Shown: positions 16,018 to 25,196 of the stretch, piece after piece
How the letters are laid out: every line of letters starts with the position of its first letter
How positions within the stretch are numbered: the first letter of the stretch is position 1
NCBI GenBank assembly: GCA_021796295.1
Contig: JAJYIA010000002.1
Coordinates: 1-41,250 of the forward strand
Direction of reading: 5' to 3'
DNA: 41,250 bases
Origin: Candidatus Micrarchaeota archaeon
GTDB taxonomy: Archaea > Micrarchaeota > Micrarchaeia > Micrarchaeales > CABMGC01
Translations under genes and position numbers: made by a program
Notes under the pieces: model-generated
The model's database searches: none
Told to the model about the DNA's origin: nothing
The model's input: only the letters and a program-made list of their open reading frames with translations

Positions 16018-16323
16018 ATGCGTGGAAGACGAAACCAGGAGCCTGTTGTGCGGTCACTTGTTACGCCTAGGAACGGCGAGGTCATAGGTCTTATTGTAGG
16101 GGCCCTTGGCGCCGCGAACTTCAGGATTATATGCTCAGACAAGAAGGAGAGGACTTGCTCCATACCCGGCAGGCTGAAGAGGAGATTTTGGATCAAGGAG
16201 GGCGACCTTGTCGTAGTAAAGCCTTGGATTGTCCAGGGCGATAGCCGCGGGGACATAGTCTGGAGATACAGCATGATGGACAGAGACCTTCTTAGGCAGA
16301 AGGGCTACGAAATCCCCAAATAG
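16018..16323 (+). CDS. Translation initiation factor 1A (aIF1A)
   Basis: MRGRRNQEPVVRSLVTPRNGEVIGLIVGALGAANFRIICSDKKERTCSIPGRLKRRFWIKEGDLVVVKPW....GDIVWRY is the S1-like OB fold of eIF1A. The ATG at 16018 follows the SD-like GTGAGG. Confidence 0.9.
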   Translation: MRGRRNQEPVVRSLVTPRNGEVIGLIVGALGAANFRIICSDKKERTCSIPGRLKRRFWIKEGDLVVVKPWIVQGDSRGDIVWRYSMMDRDLLRQKGYEIPK

Positions 16324-16365
16324 GGGCTCGGCTAGGCTGATCCGCAAACATTTCGAAAAACCGGT

Positions 16366-16689
16366 TTATTTCCTGCGTTTTGCATACTGGTAGTGGCAGA
16401 CCGTCTTCCTGAAATCTCTGCTGAGCTGGGAAACGAAGGATTCAACGCCTTCTGGATTCTTATCTATCCTGCTCTTCACTATGAAGCCGTATTCGCCGCT
16501 CACAAGCATGACCTGCTCCACGCTCTGGTGCTTCATGAGCTCTTCCGCATACCTATTCGCATCAGCGTTCTCCTTCGGCTTCAGAAAAAAGAAGCTGTAC
16601 TGCGCCGCGCTCCTGCTTATTCGTATCCCTGTATTCCCACTCATATTCCCACTTCTTTTCGTATTCGTATTATCTACCTCCATTGCCAT
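16366..16689 (-). CDS. Stand-alone Lrp/AsnC ligand-binding (RAM)-like domain protein
   Basis: YSFFFLKPKEN.....AEELMKHQSVEQVMLVSGEYGFIVKSRID..EGVESFVSQ resembles the RAM domain pattern (..v.v......v...l...p.V..v..vtGeyD.iv.v). There is no HTH. Confidence 0.45.
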   Translation of the reverse strand: MAMEVDNTNTKRSGNMSGNTGIRISRSAAQYSFFFLKPKENADANRYAEELMKHQSVEQVMLVSGEYGFIVKSRIDKNPEGVESFVSQLSRDFRKTVCHYQYAKRRK

Positions 16690-17087
16690 AGGAGCCGATG
16701 CCGAACAAGGACCAGAAATATGCAGGTAGACATTTCATACATGCAGTGCCTTTCCCACCATACCCATATGGCTATACTATGAAGGGCCGCTCTTATTTAT
16801 CTATTCAATAAATCCATGATTCATGAAAAGTTTAGTTTAACGAAAATCCAGTATCTTTATTATGATTCGTATAATCTACCCATAGATACGACTTTGGATA
16901 TTTGAGGAAGCAGTTCTAACGCATAGTTAAAAATATTATGTGTTTGTTTTGTCATATTATTTCATACAGATTTTGTATTCGGAATATTTTTGCGGAATGA
17001 TGCAATTACGCAATTTTGCGCTTGAAATATGGCAAATGACGCATGAAGAGGGAGGTTTTTTATATCTACCCATTCATTTTCAAATAT

Positions 17088-18323
17088 ATGAAAACACTGC
17101 CTGATAATGTAAGGAATACGCTTGACGAGATGCGCAGCAGAAGCAGGCTCTACCTTGAGGTGAAGGTGATAAAGGGGCAGTACTGCCTCTTCGAATCCAG
17201 AGGTGTATACGACAGGGAGAGGCACGGCAGCAGAAAGCAGACGCACTACCTTGGCAGGATAGATGAAAATGGTATTTTTATAGAGGCCAGGCACAGAAGC
17301 CCCGGAATCGCAAAGCGCAGGTATGTTCAGGCCACCAAAACAGAGCGTCTTATTCTGGAACATATGAGTAGCGACTGCAGGGCGCCGCTTGCTGAGATAA
17401 GCAGGCGTGCCGGCCTTCGGAGGAGCTACGTATACAAGAGAGTAAGGGACCTTGAGGCAAGGCTGGGCATAAGGTACATTGCAGAGCTGAACATAGGCAG
17501 ATTCGGCTATTCCTACTACTTCGCATTTGTAAGGGCAAAAAGCCTTATGCACGGAACTGCGCTCAGGGAGGCGCTGGAAAAGGAGCCGCTCATACAGCTT
17601 GCAGCGACCCTGAACGGCAGATACAACCTGCTTGTCTGCTTTCTGGCAAAGAACGAACTTGACGCACATGACTTCATAACAAGGCTGATAAAGTTCAGCG
17701 GGCTGCAGAGATGCGTAGCTGAATGGCATATCACCTATGCGCTCTTCGATTATGGCTTCATACCTCTTCGCGATGAGTTCTTCGAATTGCTAAGGGAGAG
17801 GGTCTGGAACAAGAGCAGAGATAAGCCCAGAAAAGGCGCAGACGACCTTCTTTACAGGGAGTACGTGGTATTGAAAGAACTCAATTCCGACGGAAACGCA
17901 GACTTCGCCGGGATAGACAGGAAGCACAGGCTCGATAAGGGAGCTTCGCAGTATACGTATTACAAGCTAAAAAAGAACGGAACCATAAGGAGAATGAGCA
18001 TTACTATGTCGCAGCTTCCGTTCAGATACGTAGGGCTTTTGCCTCTGCGCATGCTGCACGGGGAGAGGCTGGCTCTATCTGAGGAGAAGCTGGCTGAGGA
18101 GATAAACGGCTATGCGAAGGTGCTTTCTGCGAGATACGTCTTTGCATGCAGAATAGGCGCACCCTACGGAATGCTTCTGGCCCTGCCGGTCTTCGGTGAG
18201 GATGATCTTAGGATAGCCGAGGAAAGGCTCGCCGCAAGGATAAAGGGCGCAAAGACAGGCAGGCCCATGGTTGTTGTGGGCATGCCCGTAGGTTCTCTAT
18301 GCTACAGGATGCCGCTGCATTAG
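17088..18323 (+). CDS. Tandem (double) Lrp/AsnC-like regulator with an N-terminal domain shared with the IS1634-like transposase
   Basis: Two HTH+RAM units: ERLILEHMSSDCRAPLAEISRRAGLRRSYVYKRVRDLEARLGIRYIAEL.. and REYVVLKELNSDGNADFAGIDRKHRLDKGASQYTYYKLKKNGTIRRMSITM... The N-terminus YCLFESRGVYDRERHGSRKQTHYLGRIDENG aligns with YYLREVSSVWDKDKHRARKISGKYLGKITAEG of the transposase at 39620-41086. The tracked ORF starts at 17043. Confidence 0.6.
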   Translation: MKTLPDNVRNTLDEMRSRSRLYLEVKVIKGQYCLFESRGVYDRERHGSRKQTHYLGRIDENGIFIEARHRSPGIAKRRYVQATKTERLILEHMSSDCRAPLAEISRRAGLRRSYVYKRVRDLEARLGIRYIAELNIGRFGYSYYFAFVRAKSLMHGTALREALEKEPLIQLAATLNGRYNLLVCFLAKNELDAHDFITRLIKFSGLQRCVAEWHITYALFDYGFIPLRDEFFELLRERVWNKSRDKPRKGADDLLYREYVVLKELNSDGNADFAGIDRKHRLDKGASQYTYYKLKKNGTIRRMSITMSQLPFRYVGLLPLRMLHGERLALSEEKLAEEINGYAKVLSARYVFACRIGAPYGMLLALPVFGEDDLRIAEERLAARIKGAKTGRPMVVVGMPVGSLCYRMPLH

Positions 18324-18339
18324 GCATGCGGCACAGAAC

Positions 18340-19116
18340 TCAACCAGTGATAGTGTCAATTATCGATTTCGGATCTGAGGCTATGCCGTAGGTCTTCCTG
18401 AAATAGGCAGAGATATTCTTTATATCCCTTTCCAGATACTCGCCAGATTTGGGATGGTCCACAACCACTGCCTGGCCGAAGTCTATCATGTACGGAGTCT
18501 CGTTTCTTATGAGTATGTTGTACTCGCTAAGGTCTGCATGCACAAGGCCGTGTTCGTAAAGTCTTTTTGTATCGGATATGATTGTCTTGAAGGTTTCCTC
18601 AGGCCTTTGAAGGCGCGCTAATTTCATACTCCTCGAAGGCCTGTCTGAATCTGTTATTAGCTCCATTGCAAGGATATTGCCACTGAAAAAATACGGCAGC
18701 GGCGCATGTATGCCTGCATTTGCCGCAATCTTAAGGTTTCCGTATTCCTTTTTGCACCACGTCGCAACCATCTCATAGCCGTTGCCCCTGACCTTTCCAA
18801 AGCGCGGGTCTCCTGCCAGATACTCTTTCCTGCGCACAAAGCCCGTTGTCTCTATCCTGAATATCTTGACAGCAACAAATGCGCTTGATGGGCTTATTGC
18901 GCTGCCTGCTTCTGCAACATATACGTCTGACTCCTTGCCCTCTGCAATGATGAAGCCCAGGCTGGCGATTATATTGTGGGAGAAGAGGCGCCTGAGCTTG
19001 AGCATCGTAGGTATGTCGAACACGCCCTCCTCGATCTTCTTCTGCTCCTTAAGCATGAAGTCCTCGCGAAGCGGCATTTTCCTTCTTGTACGCCTTCTGG
19101 CCACTATAAACACCAA
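18340..19116 (-). CDS. RIO-type serine protein kinase (Rio1-like)
   Basis: IAEGKESDVYVAE, VAVKIFR, CKKEYGNL, ILAMELI and GLVHADLSEYNILI......IDFGQAV are atypical RIO kinase motifs. There is no N-terminal wHTH, so it is Rio1-like. Confidence 0.85.
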   Translation of the reverse strand: MVFIVARRRTRRKMPLREDFMLKEQKKIEEGVFDIPTMLKLRRLFSHNIIASLGFIIAEGKESDVYVAEAGSAISPSSAFVAVKIFRIETTGFVRRKEYLAGDPRFGKVRGNGYEMVATWCKKEYGNLKIAANAGIHAPLPYFFSGNILAMELITDSDRPSRSMKLARLQRPEETFKTIISDTKRLYEHGLVHADLSEYNILIRNETPYMIDFGQAVVVDHPKSGEYLERDIKNISAYFRKTYGIASDPKSIIDTITG

Positions 19117-19338
19117 ACCATATGAATAATGATGCTACACTCTTGCTATTATTCCTTTCGCAGCAGGCGCAGCATCAAGCAGAGGAGTGATCATAAGGCG
19201 AGCAGGAAATTCATGATTTGAATCGTGGGATGGGAGCACCCAGAAAGGAGGACATATAAACCTTGATGCATACAAATCATAGTTGCCATGTAAACGGCAT
19301 GCGAATTCAGGGCGTACACTTTAAGCAGGTTAACGTCT

Positions 19339-19920
19339 ATGGAAATTATGGCCTTTCTTAGCGCGATGAAAAAAGAGCTGCGTGAAGTCAACTATGGTGA
19401 TTTTCACGTAAACCTTGCACAGCTATCAGACAATTATTACCATAATGCAGATGCGGCAATACTGGCAGACAGAAGCATTGCGGCAGCGGAGATGAATGAC
19501 CTTTTTTGCAGGATGGAGAAGAAGGCGGATCCCATGGCGATCATAGAGAGGCGCTTCTTGAGGGGGCTTGTTGAGTTCGCGCAGACTGGCAACCCGCCGC
19601 TGAAATGCAGAAGCCTGGACGCCTCATTATTCATGGACAGCTGGGGCAATGTTTATCCATCCATAATGTGGAATTACAAGATAGGCAACATACGTGATAC
19701 GGATTATGGGCTTGAAAAGCTCTGGAATGGAGAATTGGCTGCCGAAGCAAGAAGCATGATAGGCAGCAGCAGAGATCCTAAGCACTGGACGTCCTGCGAG
19801 GCGTACCAGTCAATAATAGGCAGTGCCGTCTTGCCTATTAAAAGACATCCCAGACCAGATATAACCGATGTGGACGGGCAGAGTAATGCCCATGTGCAGA
19901 ACGAGCTGCGGAATACTTGA
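19339..19920 (+). CDS. C-terminal (SPASM/twitch-like) half of a radical-SAM-type protein; N-terminal catalytic half absent
   Basis: KCRSLDASLFMDSWGNVYPSIMWNYKIGNIRDTDYGLEKLWNGELAAEARSMI......WTSCEAY resembles the C..g...l.i...G.v.pC......GNi......eiW pattern. Several Cys are replaced. An in-frame stop lies 16 codons upstream of the ATG, and no CxxxCxxC motif is present. Confidence 0.35.
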   Translation: MEIMAFLSAMKKELREVNYGDFHVNLAQLSDNYYHNADAAILADRSIAAAEMNDLFCRMEKKADPMAIIERRFLRGLVEFAQTGNPPLKCRSLDASLFMDSWGNVYPSIMWNYKIGNIRDTDYGLEKLWNGELAAEARSMIGSSRDPKHWTSCEAYQSIIGSAVLPIKRHPRPDITDVDGQSNAHVQNELRNT

Positions 19921-19925
19921 TTTTT

Positions 19926-20729
19926 ATGAAAGTTGATATAGTATTTGCATTTATGCTTGCGCTTCTCAGCGCAGGCATGCTCAATGCGGGAACGGTCTCG
20001 CTCACAGGCACATGCAGCCATGCTCTCGGCAGCAACACAGTAGTCTTTAGTCTTTCCAACAGTGGCAACGACAGCGCTTACAGCGTGCATGTGCTTCCAA
20101 CCATAAAGGATGCCACAGCAGTAGGCACATCTTATGATATAGGCGTCCTCGGACCCAACAGCTCCTCGACAACAGGCGTAAACCTTACAAATGTGTATGC
20201 AAGGGGCACCTATGCCGACTATTTCACTGTGGCTTATCAGCAGGGCAGCCAGACATTCATTGCGCTCTTTCCCTGTCTGCTTGATTTTGGCACAACAGCA
20301 AACAGCAGCATCCTGCTCTCATATAACATAACATACAGTGGCGGCAGGGAGATTATAGCAGTGAATGCCCTGAACGCCGGTGACAGTGAACTTGATGCAA
20401 CAATATACCCAATACTGCCACCGTCCTTTTCTTATATCTCCAACAGATCAGAAAATGTCAGGATAATGCCGCTGAAATACGCAACAGCCAGATTCATTGT
20501 GGAGCCTGAAAGCTCAGGCGCCTCCTATTCCGGAGCCGTCACTGCAACGTATGCCTTCAACGGCACAGACTATGCGACGCTTTCCACGCTTACGCTCACT
20601 GAAAAAGGCAGCTCAGGCGGCATTGTTTATGTGCCGCTGTTCATAGCCGCAGCTGCAGTGGTGCTTATCCTTGCGCTTATACTGCGCATTGCCCTGAAAG
20701 GGAGAAAAAAGAAAAAGAGCACCAGATAA
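19926..20729 (+). CDS. Secreted, C-terminally membrane-anchored surface protein (beta-rich, many N-glycosylation sequons)
   Basis: Signal peptide MKVDIVFAFMLALLSAGMLNA. S/T/N-rich body with NSS, NLT, NIT, NRS and NGT sequons. C-terminal TM followed by KGRKKKKSTR. Confidence 0.55.
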   Translation: MKVDIVFAFMLALLSAGMLNAGTVSLTGTCSHALGSNTVVFSLSNSGNDSAYSVHVLPTIKDATAVGTSYDIGVLGPNSSSTTGVNLTNVYARGTYADYFTVAYQQGSQTFIALFPCLLDFGTTANSSILLSYNITYSGGREIIAVNALNAGDSELDATIYPILPPSFSYISNRSENVRIMPLKYATARFIVEPESSGASYSGAVTATYAFNGTDYATLSTLTLTEKGSSGGIVYVPLFIAAAAVVLILALILRIALKGRKKKKSTR

Positions 20730-20735
20730 GTCAGC

Positions 20736-22457
20736 TTATGCTGCTTCCTTGTTCTCCACGTAGTAGCCGTTAAGGAACATATGCCTTGTCTTTGTTTTCT
20801 TCATTGTGTAGAGTGCATCTTCAGGGCTGAGCACTATGGGCATGCCATGTATATTGAAGCTCGTGTTAAGAACTACTCCGTATCCAGTCTTTTTCCTTAT
20901 GCCCTGCAGGAGCCTCCTGTAATCCCTGTTCTCATTCTCAAGCATCTGCGGCCTTGCAGTCATGTCAATGTGCACTACAGACTTCATGATCTGGCTTTGC
21001 TCTTCCCTGACCCTGTATGCAGTAGTCATGAACCTGTCGTAGGTCTTCACAGAATGAAGGAGCCTTGGAGCATCTTCCTTGAGCATTGACGGCGCAAATG
21101 GCTGGTACCATTCCCGTTTTTTGACATATAGGTTCAGCCTGTCCTTGACATCATCCGAACCTGAAGCAGCAAGTATGCTCCTGTTTCCCAGAGCTCTCGG
21201 CCCGTATTCCATGCGGCCGTTGAACCAGAAGACGTATTCCCCATGAGTTATAAGATCTGCGGCATGCCTCGGCGCATCGCTATCCTCTTCATATTTGATG
21301 CCTTTCGTGCCTTTCAGCGCATCCTTTACTCTGGCTGTGCTGTATTCGTTGCCCAGGTATGCGCCTTCGAACGGATATGCTGATGTTCCGTTAAGCATGT
21401 AGTTTGCGTACAATGCAGAGCCCAGTGCAAGCCCGCCGTCGCCCATGTGGGGGAAGATGTACATATCCTTAAGGCCACCGAGATTGCGTGCTTTCATGTT
21501 TGCCTTGACGTTCGACATTACTCCGCCTGCGAATGCCACTGCACCTATGCCGAACTCCTTTATTGCGCTGTCCACAAATTTTGTAAGCATTCGCTCAAGA
21601 AGCTGCTGCGCCATGTATGAGAATTGCTCCCTGGGCATGGACCATGCTATCCTGCTGAGCAGGTCGTACTGTTTCAGCGGCCCATACCTTGCTTTTATTC
21701 TTAAGCCGTCAAGGGTGAAGAAATCCTTCAGCCTGTTCTCCCCAAAGCTGAATGGGTATGAGTAGTCGGCCATGGCCATGACCTTGCCTTCATCCTCAAG
21801 CTCGCGCATGCCCACTATGTTGGTCACCTGCTCGTAGAATATGCCTATAGAATCCTTTGCAGGTATTGTATAGTGGCGCCTTAGCCTGCCCTTTGAGAAT
21901 GTGCTTACTGTGCCGCTGAGGCCGTCTCCAAGGCCGTCAAGCGTTATGACAAGAGCCTTCCTGAATCCAGAGGTAAAAGCAGCAGTAGCAGCATGGGCGG
22001 TATGATGCTCTATTGCATAGAGCCTGAATTTCTCAAACCCCATATGCCTGAGCTCCTTCCTCACTGCGGCCTCGCTGATGCCTCGGCACAATGGAAGAAC
22101 GCCTACCCCTGTCATTGAATATTTTGCATAGTGCCTGAGCGACTCTAGCCTTGGCCTGGACATTTTCCTTCTTCTGAACAGATAATACGACTCTTTTTGC
22201 CAGGGAAAGACGCGTGATAGGGTCTTTGTAAATTCTGTTGTGGAGAATGCCACGGCGTCTATGTCCCTTGGGCTTATTCCAGATGCAGAAAGCGCGGCGA
22301 TTATTGAATTCCTGGGAAATGCCACCTCCAGCTTCCTTTTTGTATAGCGCTCTTCGTTTGCAGCAAAAAGTATCCTCCCGTCTTCAAGAAGTGCAGCTCC
22401 AGAGTCGTGGCCGTCCCATATGCCAAGTATATACACATTGACCCCTTTATCCAACAT
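20736..22457 (-). CDS. Carbamoyltransferase (NodU/CmcH family)
   Basis: YILGIWDGHDSGAALLEDGRILFAANEERYTKRKLEVAFP at the N-terminus, HHTAHAATAAF, and a C-terminal VVLNTSFNIHGMPIV. Confidence 0.85.
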   Translation of the reverse strand: MLDKGVNVYILGIWDGHDSGAALLEDGRILFAANEERYTKRKLEVAFPRNSIIAALSASGISPRDIDAVAFSTTEFTKTLSRVFPWQKESYYLFRRRKMSRPRLESLRHYAKYSMTGVGVLPLCRGISEAAVRKELRHMGFEKFRLYAIEHHTAHAATAAFTSGFRKALVITLDGLGDGLSGTVSTFSKGRLRRHYTIPAKDSIGIFYEQVTNIVGMRELEDEGKVMAMADYSYPFSFGENRLKDFFTLDGLRIKARYGPLKQYDLLSRIAWSMPREQFSYMAQQLLERMLTKFVDSAIKEFGIGAVAFAGGVMSNVKANMKARNLGGLKDMYIFPHMGDGGLALGSALYANYMLNGTSAYPFEGAYLGNEYSTARVKDALKGTKGIKYEEDSDAPRHAADLITHGEYVFWFNGRMEYGPRALGNRSILAASGSDDVKDRLNLYVKKREWYQPFAPSMLKEDAPRLLHSVKTYDRFMTTAYRVREEQSQIMKSVVHIDMTARPQMLENENRDYRRLLQGIRKKTGYGVVLNTSFNIHGMPIVLSPEDALYTMKKTKTRHMFLNGYYVENKEAA

Positions 22458-22508
22458 ACCATATTCTTCCTATCAGGTTTTTATAGCTATTTGGTGAATA
22501 GAGTAGTG

Positions 22509-22673
22509 ATGAGCATGCCCACATTGTCCACACCGCAGTCGCAGGCCGGGGTCCTTAGCTTTTATGATGCTCCGGAGAAAGGACCGCGCATGAATGCAAG
22601 GATATTTCTTGTGGGGGTCTTCCTCTTCTCCATACTGATAATAATATTCGATCATTTCGTGGCATACAAATAG
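22509..22673 (+). CDS. Protein translocase subunit Sec61-beta (archaeal SecG)
   Basis: MSMPTLSTPQSQAGVLSFYDAPEKGPRMNARIFLVGVFLFSILIIIFDHF has the (G)(L/V)..FYD-E..G.k..P motif followed by a single TM. 54 aa. Confidence 0.65.
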   Translation: MSMPTLSTPQSQAGVLSFYDAPEKGPRMNARIFLVGVFLFSILIIIFDHFVAYK

Positions 22674-22674
22674 G

Positions 22675-23562
22675 TCATGCAGGTGCAAAGAAATCCCTGC
22701 GCTTTTCCCTTACGTCGCCGTATTCTGAGAGCAGGTATAATATGGCCCGTGCTCCATCCTCCTTTAATCCCGCATCTTTCGCTATGTCTGCAACACGGCC
22801 CTTGCCTTCGCCTATGCTCTTCAGAATTCTGTCATTATGTTTGTTGAAGAACCACCGCGTGGATATATAAAATTTCCTGTTGAACGCTCGCGTGCCGAGG
22901 ATCTGGCCGCGGCGTATGCTCTCCTCTACGGTAAGTGAGAGCGCTGCGGCCTCGGCTTCTGTAGTCACAACCACAAAGCCTGCGCTCTTCAGCTCTCTTG
23001 AAAGATCGCTCTCGCTGCTCACTGAAAGGTGCTGTCTTGGCTCTGCCTTTACAGGACCTGTGATGTCGCTCTGAGGATGTGGCTGCGGCTTCTTTCCCTT
23101 CCTCATGAGGAATCTGTCGTATATTGTTTTTGCTATGCTGTATACGCCTCCGCTGCCATTAGCTGGGAAGATGACCACGGCCTTCTTTTTTATAAGCCCC
23201 TGGAGTATCTCTTTCTCCCTTGCGTTGAGGCGCTTGCCTACCTCCTCTATTGTGCGCTGCTTGTAGCGCAGCGTGTCCAGCACCTTAAGCACAGCCAATT
23301 CGCTGTCGGATATATCAGCCGCAGGCGCCCTTTTTTCAGGCTCACGTGGTGAAGGTTCCCTTGCTGCTTCCCATGCGCTCTGATCTCTGGCAGCCGGCTT
23401 TCCCATAAGCATGCTTGCGACATCAGACTTCTTTGAAAAGAGGAATGCCTTCTCGCTGTACCTGAAGAAATCAACCTCGTCGTCCTCCTTTAGGTCCAGC
23501 CCCTTTATAACTTCGAACGGCACGTTTATGGCAAGCTTGTTGTTGCTTTTGTAAACCTTCAC
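22675..23562 (-). CDS. AbrB/SpoVT-like N-terminal domain protein with predicted winged-helix regions
   Basis: The GTG start at 23562 is preceded by GGTGG and TATTTAAAAA. MKVYKSNNKLAINVPFEVIKGLDLKEDDEVDFF is a looped-hinge-helix pattern. The remainder is unassigned. The tracked TTG start at 23613 would overlap the divergent nnr ORF. Confidence 0.5.
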   Translation of the reverse strand: MKVYKSNNKLAINVPFEVIKGLDLKEDDEVDFFRYSEKAFLFSKKSDVASMLMGKPAARDQSAWEAAREPSPREPEKRAPAADISDSELAVLKVLDTLRYKQRTIEEVGKRLNAREKEILQGLIKKKAVVIFPANGSGGVYSIAKTIYDRFLMRKGKKPQPHPQSDITGPVKAEPRQHLSVSSESDLSRELKSAGFVVVTTEAEAAALSLTVEESIRRGQILGTRAFNRKFYISTRWFFNKHNDRILKSIGEGKGRVADIAKDAGLKEDGARAILYLLSEYGDVREKRRDFFAPA

Positions 23563-23664
23563 TAAACCACCATTTTTAAATAGATACCTCCCAATACTAT
23601 TATGCGCAACCAAGGTTTAAAAGGGTTTGTAGCACTTCGCAGCGGGGCATTCTGCGCTGCAGAT

Positions 23665-25167
23665 ATGAAAGCTGTAGAGATGAACTGCGCAGCTTTGGGG
23701 ATAGGTGCCGCAGAGCTCATGGAGAATGCAGCGCATGCAGTTTCTGATTTCATATCTAAGAGCATAGAACCAGGAAGCAATATACTTGTGTTTGCAGGCA
23801 GAGGCAACAACGGAGGTGACGGGGCCACAAGCGCAAGGCACCTCATGAGAGATTACAACGTCACTGTAGCGTTCCTCAATGGCGTAAAAGACATGAGAGA
23901 AGGCCCGGCAAGGGCTAACGCAGAAATCATGGCCTCTAGCAGATTCGCAAATGTGCTTGAGAACGTTTCTGAGATGGATTACAAAGAATTGTCTGCGCTT
24001 ATGACCGGGAACGATGTCATCATCGATGCCATATTCGGTACAGGGTTCAGCGGCAGTATGCCAAGATGGGCAGGGCGTGTCATAGAGGGCATAAACAGAT
24101 ACAGAAAAGGCCACAGTGTTACTGTGATCTCGGTCGACCTGCCTTCAGGCATGGATGCAGACCTTGGCCCGGGAAAGGATATGGTGGATGCAGATTACAC
24201 GCTGACGTTTCACAGGACAAAAAAAGGGCTTCTCGGAACTAAAAATAAGGTCAGGATATGCAGCATAGGCATACCACCAGATGCAGAGCTTTTCTGCGGG
24301 CCGGGAGACGCATGGAAGGCCGTGCAGCCGAGAAGGCTTGAAAGCAGCAAAAGGGACAATGGCACAGTGCTGCTTATAGGAGGAAGCAGTGCGTATCATG
24401 GGGCCCCTTCTTCTGCTGCTGCGGCGGCATATGAAACGCTTGCAGCGCTGAGGACAGGCGCTGGCTATGCCAAGCTCTATGTGCCTGAGAGCATAAAACT
24501 GCTTGCAATGCAGGCATCGCCGAACATCATAGTAGGCAGCATGGGCAGGGACTTTATCGATTACGACTCTGCAGGAAATGCAGTTAAGGACCTTGAAAGG
24601 GCCGACGCCATTGTGCTCGGGATGGGCATTGGAAGAAATGAGAAAACAATCGATGCTGTAAGAAGGCTAGTTTCAATGGCTGGAAGGCTAGGCAAAAAGA
24701 CAGTGCTGGATGCAGATGCCCTTTATGCAATAAAAGGCATGCGCATGCCAGGCCACGGCTTCGTGCTGACCCCCCATGCAGGGGAGATGCTTGCGCTTTC
24801 AGGAAAGGATCTTAAAGATGCGCCTCTTGAGGAAAAAATAAGGCAGGTAATAGGCGCTGCAAAGAAGCTCAACGCAACCATCGTGCTCAAGGGTCACGAG
24901 AGCGTGATAAGCGACGGCAAGGCGCTCAGGGTCAACAGAGCTGGGTCATCTGCTCTTGCGACGATGGGCACAGGAGACATACTTTCCGGCATCATAGGGG
25001 GCTATGCAGCCACAGGCGCTGGAGTATTCGATGCAGCTGTTGCTGGAGTATACCTGCATTCGCGCATAGGCGACACACTTGCAGTGAAAAGGGGCAACCA
25101 CATACTTGCAATTGACATTCTTGAGCGCATTCCTGATGTAGCCAGGGAGTTCGATAAAAACATATAG
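23665..25167 (+). CDS. nnr: Bifunctional NAD(P)H-hydrate repair enzyme (epimerase + ADP-dependent dehydratase)
   Basis: YjeF_N motifs LMENAAHAV and AGRGNNGGDG. C-terminal carbohydrate-kinase motifs (LLIGGS..YHGAP, LDADAL, TPHAGE, VLKG, GTGDILSGIIGG). Confidence 0.85.
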   Translation: MKAVEMNCAALGIGAAELMENAAHAVSDFISKSIEPGSNILVFAGRGNNGGDGATSARHLMRDYNVTVAFLNGVKDMREGPARANAEIMASSRFANVLENVSEMDYKELSALMTGNDVIIDAIFGTGFSGSMPRWAGRVIEGINRYRKGHSVTVISVDLPSGMDADLGPGKDMVDADYTLTFHRTKKGLLGTKNKVRICSIGIPPDAELFCGPGDAWKAVQPRRLESSKRDNGTVLLIGGSSAYHGAPSSAAAAAYETLAALRTGAGYAKLYVPESIKLLAMQASPNIIVGSMGRDFIDYDSAGNAVKDLERADAIVLGMGIGRNEKTIDAVRRLVSMAGRLGKKTVLDADALYAIKGMRMPGHGFVLTPHAGEMLALSGKDLKDAPLEEKIRQVIGAAKKLNATIVLKGHESVISDGKALRVNRAGSSALATMGTGDILSGIIGGYAATGAGVFDAAVAGVYLHSRIGDTLAVKRGNHILAIDILERIPDVAREFDKNI

Positions 25168-25196
25168 TATTATATAGATTGTCTGAAACAGAATAA

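Noticed and set aside
16962-17729. 255-aa minus-strand ORF
   Set aside because: It is entirely antisense to the Lrp-like gene (17043/17088-18323), which has clear HTH and RAM motifs. Its own sequence has no motifs and extends into an AT-rich promoter region.
23602-23664. Long starts for the divergent genes (plus-strand ATG 23602 and minus-strand TTG 23613), which would overlap head-to-head
   Set aside because: Overlapping divergent 5' ends are implausible. Internal starts fit the family N-termini: the ATG at 23665 for Nnr, and the GTG at 23562 for the AbrB-like gene, which is preceded by GGTGG and a TATA-like box. These starts leave a ~100-bp promoter region.
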